Source of the DNA: an uncultured Clostridiaceae bacterium
GTDB taxonomy: Bacteria > Bacillota > Clostridia > TANB77 > CAG-465
Reading direction: 5' to 3'
Length of the DNA: 64,000 nucleotides
Assembly (NCBI GenBank): GCA_964653805.1
Contig: CAZZFS010000005.1
Location: 1,817-65,816 of the forward strand
How positions within the stretch are numbered: position 1 is the stretch's first letter; each line of letters begins with the position of its first letter. Below are positions 56,868 to 64,000 of this stretch, one piece after another. The position numbers and the translations under genes were made by a program. Under the pieces are notes generated by a model that saw only the letters and a program-made list of their open reading frames with translations, was not told the origin of the DNA and did not search any database.

Positions 56868-57677
56868 TTACTGTCTATCAAATTCATACATAACGATTGA
56901 TAATAAATTTATAACTGCTGTTTCTGCTCTAAGTATTCTGTTTCCAAGACTTACAAAAGAAACATTTAAATTTTCATTATTTCTTATTGCCTCTATTTCT
57001 TCTTTATCAAAGCCACCTTCAGCACCTATAACAACATTTATATTTTTAACTTCAAATTTATTGTTTGTATTACTACTATTTGCATTTTCTAAATCATTAA
57101 AATCATTTAATTTGTTTTTTATTTTTCCAATAACATTAAATAAGTTTTCTGTTTCTTTTTCATATGCAAATATTGTTATATCATTTTTATCTATATATTT
57201 ATCCAATTCTTTTAAATTTATTATATTTTCGACTTCTACATTACCACTTCTACCACATTGCTTACATGCTTCAATTGTTATTTTGTTATATTTTTCTTGC
57301 TTTTTCATTTTACCTTTATCATCTAATTTAACAACCACGTTTCTTGATATAAATGGCACTATTTTATTAACACCAAGCTCAGTAGCTTTTTGTACAACAA
57401 AATCCATTTTTTCGCCCTTTAGAAGCCCTGTAAATAGTACTACATTAACATTAGATTCACCTTGAGATGGCAATTCTTCTATTTTTTCTAAAACAACACT
57501 ATCTTTTTTTATTTCGACAATACTACATAAATGATTATTTACGATTATCTCATCTGATATATTGTGCCTTAAAACTTGTATGTGTTTTACTTCACTTCCT
57601 TTTATTTTAATAATATTATCATTTTCACTTGAATATATTTCTATATCATTTTTATCTACTATAAATTTTTTCGCCAT
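56868..57677 (-). CDS. rsmE: 16S rRNA (uracil1498-N3)-methyltransferase
   Basis: PUA-like N-terminus, KQCGRS, VIGAEGGF and LGNRILRAETA. An Asn-rich insertion precedes the last motifs. Confidence 0.8.
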   Translation of the reverse strand: MAKKFIVDKNDIEIYSSENDNIIKIKGSEVKHIQVLRHNISDEIIVNNHLCSIVEIKKDSVVLEKIEELPSQGESNVNVVLFTGLLKGEKMDFVVQKATELGVNKIVPFISRNVVVKLDDKGKMKKQEKYNKITIEACKQCGRSGNVEVENIINLKELDKYIDKNDITIFAYEKETENLFNVIGKIKNKLNDFNDLENANSSNTNNKFEVKNINVVIGAEGGFDKEEIEAIRNNENLNVSFVSLGNRILRAETAVINLLSIVMYEFDRQ

Positions 57678-57833
57678 ATTTTTTCTCCTATAATATATAT
57701 TTGTTTTTTTATAATTTTGTACATTATATCATAATAACGGTAAAATATAAAGATAATTATACATCATTTAAATGCAAAAAAAAGCTATTACAAAATTAAA
57801 TGTAATAACTCTTTTTTTTTATTTATATTTTTA

Positions 57834-57868
57834 TATATTTTATATTTTATATTTTATATTTTATATTT
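57834..57868. repeat. heptanucleotide tandem repeat (TATATTT)5
   Basis: Five perfect units between the mgtA stop (57891) and its terminator hairpin (about 57780-57825). Confidence 0.9.
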
Positions 57869-57890
57869 TATTATTACTAGTATATATCTA

Positions 57891-60506
57891 TTATAACCAT
57901 TCACCAAATTTTTTAATAAATAATTTTTTAGCATATAAAGAAATAATACAATATACAACAACTGCTGCAAATATTAATATTATAAAATTAAATGGTATTG
58001 CTACTAAACCAATTGCTCTACCTATAAAAGTAAATGGTATTAATAAAGCAATTATACTAAGTCCAATTGAAGTTCCATATACTATTTTTGAAGCATTACT
58101 TTGGATAAATGGAGTTTTTGTAGTTCTTATCATATGCAATCCAACAAGATTTGAAACTATCCCATAAGAGAACCATATTGTTTGGAATAATGCTGCTTGA
58201 GCAGGTCCAAGTTTAAATACAAACCATAAAGTTGCAAATATAAGTAAATCAAATATAGAACTCATAGGTCCCATAAATACCATAAATCTAAATAAACTTC
58301 TTGATTCTAATTTCTTAGGATCTTTTAACATCTCTTTATCTACATTATCAAATGGTAGCGATAATTGACCCATATCATAAAGTAAACTTTGCACTAAAAG
58401 TTGTACTGGTGTAATTGGGAAAAATGGAAGTAATACACTTGCTACTACTACTGATGAAACTTCACCAAAGTTATTACTAATTGCAAATTTTATATATTTC
58501 ATAAGGTTAGTAAATGTTTTTCTGCCTTCATAAACACCATCAAGTAATACATTTAAATCTTTTTCTAAAAGTATTATATCGGCTGTTTCTTTAGCTATAT
58601 CAACTGCTGTATCTACTGATATACCAACATCTGAATTAGTAAGTGATGGAGCATCATTTATTCCATCCCCCATATACCCTACAACATTACCACTTTCTTT
58701 TAAAACTCTTACTATTCTTGCTTTTTGTATTGGTGATAATTTTGCAAATATATTTACATTTTTAAGTAAATGTTTAAGTCCAGAATCATTTAATTTTTCA
58801 ACTTCAACACCTGTAACAATTCTAGATGTATTTATATCAACTTTACTACAAATACATTTAGTAACAGCTACATTATCTCCTGTTAAAACTATAACTCTTA
58901 TACCTGATTCATTTAATTTTCTTATTGAATCTTTAGCTGTTTCTTTAGGTGGATCTAAAAACCCTATAAATCCAGTTAAAGTCATACCTACTTCATCTTC
59001 TAAATGAAAATCATCTATATCTTTTATACCTGTTTTTTTACAAATAGCTATTACTCTCATACCTTCTTCGTTTAATTTTTCAGATATAGCTCTTACGTTG
59101 TTTTTTATAGTATCCGTAATATTAAATAATTTACCTCTATATTCTGCAAAGTCACAAATACTTAATATTTCTTCAATTGCACCTTTAGTAACCATTATTC
59201 TTTCTTCATTTTCTACTATAACAGAAAGTCTTCTTCTTGAAAAATCAAACGGTAACTCATCTATTTTTTTGTAACTATCTATTATTTTACCAAAATCATT
59301 TTTTAAACCTCTATTTATAACCGCCTCATCTATATTACCTTTTAAACCAGTTTGAAAATATGAATTTAAAAAAGCATCTTTTAAAACTTCTAAATTTTCA
59401 TCTCCATTTACATCTAAATATTTTTCTAAAACAATATTATCTTCTGTTAAAGTACCTGTTTTATCTGTACACAAAATATTCATAGCACCAAAACTTTGAA
59501 TTGAATCTAATTTTTTTACTATTGTCTTTTTCCTAGACATTCTAACTGCACCTTTAGATAAACTAGATGAAAGTATCACAGGAAGTAATAATGGTGTTAT
59601 ACCTATAGCTATTGCAACTGCAAATGTAAATGTTGTAAGAACATCATGTTTCCATGCATTTAATACAAAAGTTAAAGGTATCATAACTAGCATAAATTTT
59701 ATTAATAATTTACTTATACTCTCTATTTCTAATCTAAATGTTGTTTTAGGTTTTCCAAGTATTAAAGTATGAGCTATTTTACCAAAGTATGTATCATCAC
59801 CAATTTTTACTACAATAGCTTTCGCACATCCACTAATAACATTAGTTCCCATTAAACAAATAGTATCTAAATCAGATATTGAAGTTATTTCATCTATAGA
59901 TTCCAATTCACTATTTGCTACTTTTTTTATAGCATCAGATTCACCAGTTAATGATGACTGACCAACATACAAATCTGTTGATTCAATTACACGCAAATCT
60001 GCAGCTATCATATCTCCTGCTGAAAGTATAACTATATCACCTACTGTAAGATCTTTTACAGTGATTTTCATTTCTTTAGCATTCCTTAAAACAGTCGCAT
60101 TAGCAGAAACTAATTCTTTTAATTTTTCAGCTGCTTTATTTGATTTATACTCTTCAAAAAATTCTAAAAAAGTACTAACAAATACCAGTACAAATATCAC
60201 TATTATATTTGTTGGATTAGGTATTTCAGGAAGTATAATATCAGTATAAAATAATATTAATGTAATACCAAGTAATATAATATTAAAAGGACTTAATAAC
60301 GAAGCAATAAAATAATTATACCACTTTTTAGGTTTTGATTGTTTAATTTCATTTTTACCATATTTTTTTGTATTTTCTAATACTTCAGTTTCATTTAAAC
60401 CATTAATATCAATGTTATATTTTTTTACTACTTCATCTACATTTAATATACATGATTCACCATATTGAGATTTCACATCAACATCTTCAAGCTCTTGTTT
60501 TTTCAT
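57891..60506 (-). CDS. mgtA: magnesium-importing P-type ATPase
   Basis: TGES, DKTGTLT and MGDGINDAP. The N-terminal LLSPFNIILLGITLILFYTD and the C-terminal KKFGEWL are typical of MgtA/MgtB. Confidence 0.9.
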   Translation of the reverse strand: MKKQELEDVDVKSQYGESCILNVDEVVKKYNIDINGLNETEVLENTKKYGKNEIKQSKPKKWYNYFIASLLSPFNIILLGITLILFYTDIILPEIPNPTNIIVIFVLVFVSTFLEFFEEYKSNKAAEKLKELVSANATVLRNAKEMKITVKDLTVGDIVILSAGDMIAADLRVIESTDLYVGQSSLTGESDAIKKVANSELESIDEITSISDLDTICLMGTNVISGCAKAIVVKIGDDTYFGKIAHTLILGKPKTTFRLEIESISKLLIKFMLVMIPLTFVLNAWKHDVLTTFTFAVAIAIGITPLLLPVILSSSLSKGAVRMSRKKTIVKKLDSIQSFGAMNILCTDKTGTLTEDNIVLEKYLDVNGDENLEVLKDAFLNSYFQTGLKGNIDEAVINRGLKNDFGKIIDSYKKIDELPFDFSRRRLSVIVENEERIMVTKGAIEEILSICDFAEYRGKLFNITDTIKNNVRAISEKLNEEGMRVIAICKKTGIKDIDDFHLEDEVGMTLTGFIGFLDPPKETAKDSIRKLNESGIRVIVLTGDNVAVTKCICSKVDINTSRIVTGVEVEKLNDSGLKHLLKNVNIFAKLSPIQKARIVRVLKESGNVVGYMGDGINDAPSLTNSDVGISVDTAVDIAKETADIILLEKDLNVLLDGVYEGRKTFTNLMKYIKFAISNNFGEVSSVVVASVLLPFFPITPVQLLVQSLLYDMGQLSLPFDNVDKEMLKDPKKLESRSLFRFMVFMGPMSSIFDLLIFATLWFVFKLGPAQAALFQTIWFSYGIVSNLVGLHMIRTTKTPFIQSNASKIVYGTSIGLSIIALLIPFTFIGRAIGLVAIPFNFIILIFAAVVVYCIISLYAKKLFIKKFGEWL

Positions 60507-60600
60507 TTTTTATACCTTCTTTCGTTTTACCTTTTTATTTTATCACTAAAAAAAAAAATAGTAAATATTTTTTCAAATATTTACTATAATTTTTAATTTT

Positions 60601-60915
60601 TTAATAAAAAAAGCTATAACCTCTAACTTTTTCTTGTATTTTTAAAAATACAAAAACACCACTTGCTACTAAAACTATAACTGGAATTGCAATACCAAAA
60701 AAATTTACACTTTCAACAATACCAGCCCAAATTGTAATAATACTAAATATAAAACTTGCTATTGCAAATCCTAAAGAGAAATCTAAAGCCCATTCTTTTT
60801 CTTCATTAAAATGGTAATATTCAGTACCAATACCACGTCCAAAAACTTCAGTTAATACCGTCAATAGTACAAACGCTCCAGCTTGTAAACCAAAATAAAC
60901 AGCAGGTGTAATCAT
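60601..60915 (-). CDS. small three-helix membrane protein
   Basis: 104 aa. GGAGGA RBS, TTGACT-17-TAATAT promoter (61005-61033) and a terminator at 60548-60586. Confidence 0.6.
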   Translation of the reverse strand: MITPAVYFGLQAGAFVLLTVLTEVFGRGIGTEYYHFNEEKEWALDFSLGFAIASFIFSIITIWAGIVESVNFFGIAIPVIVLVASGVFVFLKIQEKVRGYSFFY

Positions 60916-61139
60916 CTTTTTAATCCTCCACTAATTTTATTTTTTTATTAAAATAGCTTTACGCTAGATAATAAATAAAGGCAATCAATTATTTTATTGT
61001 GTATATATTAACATAATTCAGTCCAATAGTCAATACTTATGTAATCTTTTTCGTAAAAAACATTAATTAAAAAAACAAAAAAGTCTAAACTTTTACGTTT
61101 AGACTTTAAACCTCGAATTATATATTCAAAGTTGACTTT

Positions 61140-61424
61140 TTACATTATTACGATTTCTAGTTTTTTAATTCTAAAAACTGCAAAAGCTAATATTGCTAAT
61201 GCATATAACATAGAAGGCCCAATCAATGAAAAACCCATACCAGAAAAAGAACCAGTAATTATCATACCAACAACAAAAACAAAGCTTAGCAATGCTAAAG
61301 CACCAGAAGTTTCTAAGTTTTCATCTGAACGATTTTTAAATAAATATATTTTAAATTCATTCAAAATTAATAAGAAAAAACAAACACTGGCAGCAAACAA
61401 ATACTCTCCAGATAATTCAACCAT
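61140..61424 (-). CDS. small membrane protein in a cassette homologous to 60601..61033
   Basis: 94 aa. I prefer the minus-strand ORF over the overlapping plus ORF because the RBS (GCGGAGGA), promoter (61513-61541) and terminator (61072-61106) all face this way. Confidence 0.6.
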   Translation of the reverse strand: MVELSGEYLFAASVCFFLLILNEFKIYLFKNRSDENLETSGALALLSFVFVVGMIITGSFSGMGFSLIGPSMLYALAILAFAVFRIKKLEIVIM

Positions 61425-61601
61425 TTTAATCCTCCGCTAATTTTAGATTTTTATCAAACTAGCTTAAAGCTAGGTAATAAATAAAGGTACTCAATTATTT
61501 TATATGTTAGATATAATAACACTATTTAACAAAATAGTCAACATTTATGTAATCTTTTGTTAAAAAAGAGCTAAATTAATTAAAATTCAACTCTTTTTTT
61601 A

Positions 61602-62798
61602 CTATACCAATTTATATTTTATATTATCATCCACAATTCCACTATTTAAAATACATTTTGTATATTTCTTTGTACTTGAAAGCAAATCATATATGATATT
61701 TTCAAAAATATAATTTACAGTATTGCTAAGTTCTCTTGCACCAGTATCAAGTGCAAGTGATGCATTTGCAATTATTTCAAATAATTCGCCATTATAAGAA
61801 AGTTGTATACCTCTTTCTCTTAATTCATTTTGATATCTCCTAAATATAGATAATTTAGATTTTTTTAATATCAATGACAAATCTTCTTTTGTTAATTTGT
61901 TCATCTCTACTATAGTATCTACTCTCCCTACAAATTCTTCTGGCATACCATATTTTATTAAGTCTTGCTTTAAAACTTTCTTTTCTTTTGTTTTTTGTTT
62001 GCTTGTATCTTCAGTGGTTTTAAAGCCCATACCATTGGTATTTAATCTTTCATTTTGGATTTTTTCTAAACCAGAAAAGGCACCTGAAAATATTATTATT
62101 ATATTTCTAGTGTCAAAATCAATAAACTCTTGAGCAAATGGATCATCCTCATTTTCTTCTAAGGATGGTAATTTTATTGTTGTTCCTTCAATTATCTTAA
62201 GCAAACTTTTTAAAACCTCTGCTCCAGCAACATCATTTTCTTGATGACCTGCTTTTTTATCAATTTCATCAATTACAATAATTCCACGTTGTGCTTTTTC
62301 AACATCTTGGTCAGCATTATCTAACAAATTGTACAACATATCGTTTACATCTGCTCCATAGTACCCTTCTTGTGTATACTTCGTAGCATCTTCGATTGTA
62401 TATGGAATGTTTAAAATTTTTGCTATTTGTTCAATAGTTGCTGTTTTTCCAGTTCCACTACTACCAATTACTAACAAATTGGTCTTAATAGACTCAAAAT
62501 GTATTGACCTATAAATGCCAGTTAGTATCTGTCTCACTTGTTTATCTTGGCCTATAATATATTCCAACACATTTTTTTCTGTTACTTTTATATTTGGTAT
62601 TGCTCTTTTACCAACACGATAAGTAGTTGTTTTGTTACTATTCCCATGCATTCCTGAACCATGTTGACCTTTTGTTTTTGGTTTATATTTTGGTTTTGGA
62701 CCGCCTTTTGAAGTATTACTTTTATCTTGATTTTTAATACCTTCATCTAAATTATTACAAACACCAGTCCGTAATTCTTTTGATTTCTTAATTGCCAT
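61602..62798 (-). CDS. ClpX-like AAA+ unfoldase lacking the N-terminal zinc-binding domain
   Basis: GSSGTGKT, IIVIDEIDK, pore loop GYYG and an MGF (IGF-like) loop. The N-terminus is a Lys/Gly-rich tail with no C4 cluster. The ATG at 62798 follows a GGAGG RBS. Confidence 0.75.
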   Translation of the reverse strand: MAIKKSKELRTGVCNNLDEGIKNQDKSNTSKGGPKPKYKPKTKGQHGSGMHGNSNKTTTYRVGKRAIPNIKVTEKNVLEYIIGQDKQVRQILTGIYRSIHFESIKTNLLVIGSSGTGKTATIEQIAKILNIPYTIEDATKYTQEGYYGADVNDMLYNLLDNADQDVEKAQRGIIVIDEIDKKAGHQENDVAGAEVLKSLLKIIEGTTIKLPSLEENEDDPFAQEFIDFDTRNIIIIFSGAFSGLEKIQNERLNTNGMGFKTTEDTSKQKTKEKKVLKQDLIKYGMPEEFVGRVDTIVEMNKLTKEDLSLILKKSKLSIFRRYQNELRERGIQLSYNGELFEIIANASLALDTGARELSNTVNYIFENIIYDLLSSTKKYTKCILNSGIVDDNIKYKLV

Positions 62799-62991
62799 AA
62801 CAATACCTCCATTCAATATTTATTTAATGATATATATTTAATTACTTCCGTAGTTTACCACAATTCATTTATCATGTCAATTTTTTCGTAAAATTTTTAT
62901 TTTAAAAAATATATATTAGTTAAAAAAATAGAGCTAGATTAATTAAAATCTAACTCTATTTTGTTATATATATATTAAATATTACACTTTT

Positions 62992-64000
62992 TTATCTATT
63001 AAAAAAACCTTTTTTCTTATTTATATCATCACCTGTTATTTCAGCAAATTGACTTAATATTTCTCTTTGCTTTTCTGTTAACTTTTTAGGTATGTCAACT
63101 TTTACAACAAATTCAAGATTTCCTCTACCTCTACCATGTATACTTGGTATACCTTTTTCTTTTATTCTAAATTTAGTATCCGCCTGAGTTCCTTCAGGTA
63201 TGTTAAAATCTATTTCTTGTTCTAATGTAGGTACTTTTATACTTCCACCTAGTACAAGTTTTGTAAAAGGTACTTTTATTTCTGCAAATATATCAAATCC
63301 ATTTCTTTTAAAGATTTTATGAGGTTGTACGTTAACAATTACAAAAAGATCTCCGTTTGGGCCACCTTTTTTACCTATGTCACCTTCTCCTCTTAAAGAT
63401 ATTGCTTGTCCATTATCTATACCAGCAGGAATATTTACTTCTATTTTTTTCATTTTTTTAACATGCCCTTTTCCAGAACATTTTTCACAAGGCGTTGGTA
63501 TTATTTTTCCTTCACCACCACATTTGTCACATGTTTTTACACTAGCAAAAGCTCCCATTATTGTGTTTTGTGTAACTTGAATCTTTCCAGCTCCACCACA
63601 TTTATCACAAGTAATAGGATTAGTACCAGGTTTAGCACCACTTCCACTACAAGTATCACATTTTTCGTTTCTTGTAATGTTTATTTCTTTTTTTGTTCCA
63701 AATGCTGCTTCTTCAAATTTAATAGTCATGTTATATCTTAAATCAGCACCTTTAGTTGGACCATTGTTTTTTCTAGAACTTCCACCGAAGCCTCCAAAAC
63801 CGCCACCAAAAACACTACCTAATATATCATCTAAATCAATGTCTATTCCACCACTATTAAAGCCTGAAAAATCAAAGCCACCAAAACCTGAACCACCATA
63901 ACTACCACCAGATCCTCCTGGATTAAAACCAGCATTTTCAAAATCCGCACCAAATCTATCGTATTGAGCTCTTTTAGTTTTATCAGAGATAACAGAATAA
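62992..64000 (-). CDS. dnaJ: molecular chaperone DnaJ; 5' end off the window
   Basis: Four CxxCxGxG repeats (CDTCSGSG, CDKCGGAG, CDKCGGEG, CEKCSGKG). The frame stays open upstream of the track ORF through a G/F-rich region to ...DKTKRAQYDRFG at the window edge. Confidence 0.9.
   Translation of the reverse strand, partial: YSVISDKTKRAQYDRFGADFENAGFNPGGSGGSYGGSGFGGFDFSGFNSGGIDIDLDDILGSVFGGGFGGFGGSSRKNNGPTKGADLRYNMTIKFEEAAFGTKKEINITRNEKCDTCSGSGAKPGTNPITCDKCGGAGKIQVTQNTIMGAFASVKTCDKCGGEGKIIPTPCEKCSGKGHVKKMKKIEVNIPAGIDNGQAISLRGEGDIGKKGGPNGDLFVIVNVQPHKIFKRNGFDIFAEIKVPFTKLVLGGSIKVPTLEQEIDFNIPEGTQADTKFRIKEKGIPSIHGRGRGNLEFVVKVDIPKKLTEKQREILSQFAEITGDDINKKKGFFNR

Noticed and set aside
60507-60600. Expected M-box (Mg2+) riboswitch upstream of mgtA.
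   Set aside because: The intergenic space is about 94 nt and is mostly taken up by the terminator hairpin of the upstream gene. No M-box-like GC-containing helices are present.
61132-61440. Plus-strand 102-aa ORF overlapping the 94-aa minus-strand ORF.
   Set aside because: The RBS (GCGGAGGA), the promoter and the terminator all face the minus strand, and the cassette is homologous to the neighbouring minus-strand cassette.

Overview
Very AT-rich segment (about three quarters A+T by eye) that uses the standard genetic code (TGA is a stop). It looks like a chromosomal region of a low-GC Bacillota-like organism. I call about 65 protein genes, almost all on the minus strand. Most are self-contained cassettes with a TTGACA-17-TATAAT promoter, a GGAGG ribosome-binding site and a hairpin plus T-run terminator. 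I saw no rRNA, tRNA, CRISPR array, transposase or integrase.

Housekeeping anchors: a partial CCA-type nucleotidyltransferase, an ABC-2 transporter, an ABC-F ATPase, thrS, queH, ruvB, a thermonuclease, an S66 LD-carboxypeptidase, a NodB deacetylase, rsmE, mgtA, a ClpX-like ATPase and a partial dnaJ.

Accessory content:
- A defence island at about 17.2-32.7 kb. It holds a PARIS-like ATPase + DUF4435 pair, an ankyrin protein, type I hsdM-hsdS-hsdR, and an uncharacterised four-gene nuclease operon (unknown protein, beta-CASP MBL nuclease, two PD-(D/E)xK-like proteins). That operon is my best candidate for an undescribed system.
- A five-copy family of 110-aa basic proteins, each with a conserved promoter, leader and terminator.
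- Two proteins built from G-[YF]-[DN]-x-x five-residue repeats.
- A heliorhodopsin next to a tandem-PIN protein.
- A free-standing RpoA alpha-CTD-like protein.
- Two further small paralog families, one interleaved with GNAT genes.

Five genes carry +1 frameshifts, four of them at short homopolymers. Raw reads are needed to tell decay from sequencing error. All functional calls come from motifs I read in the translations; no database search was possible.
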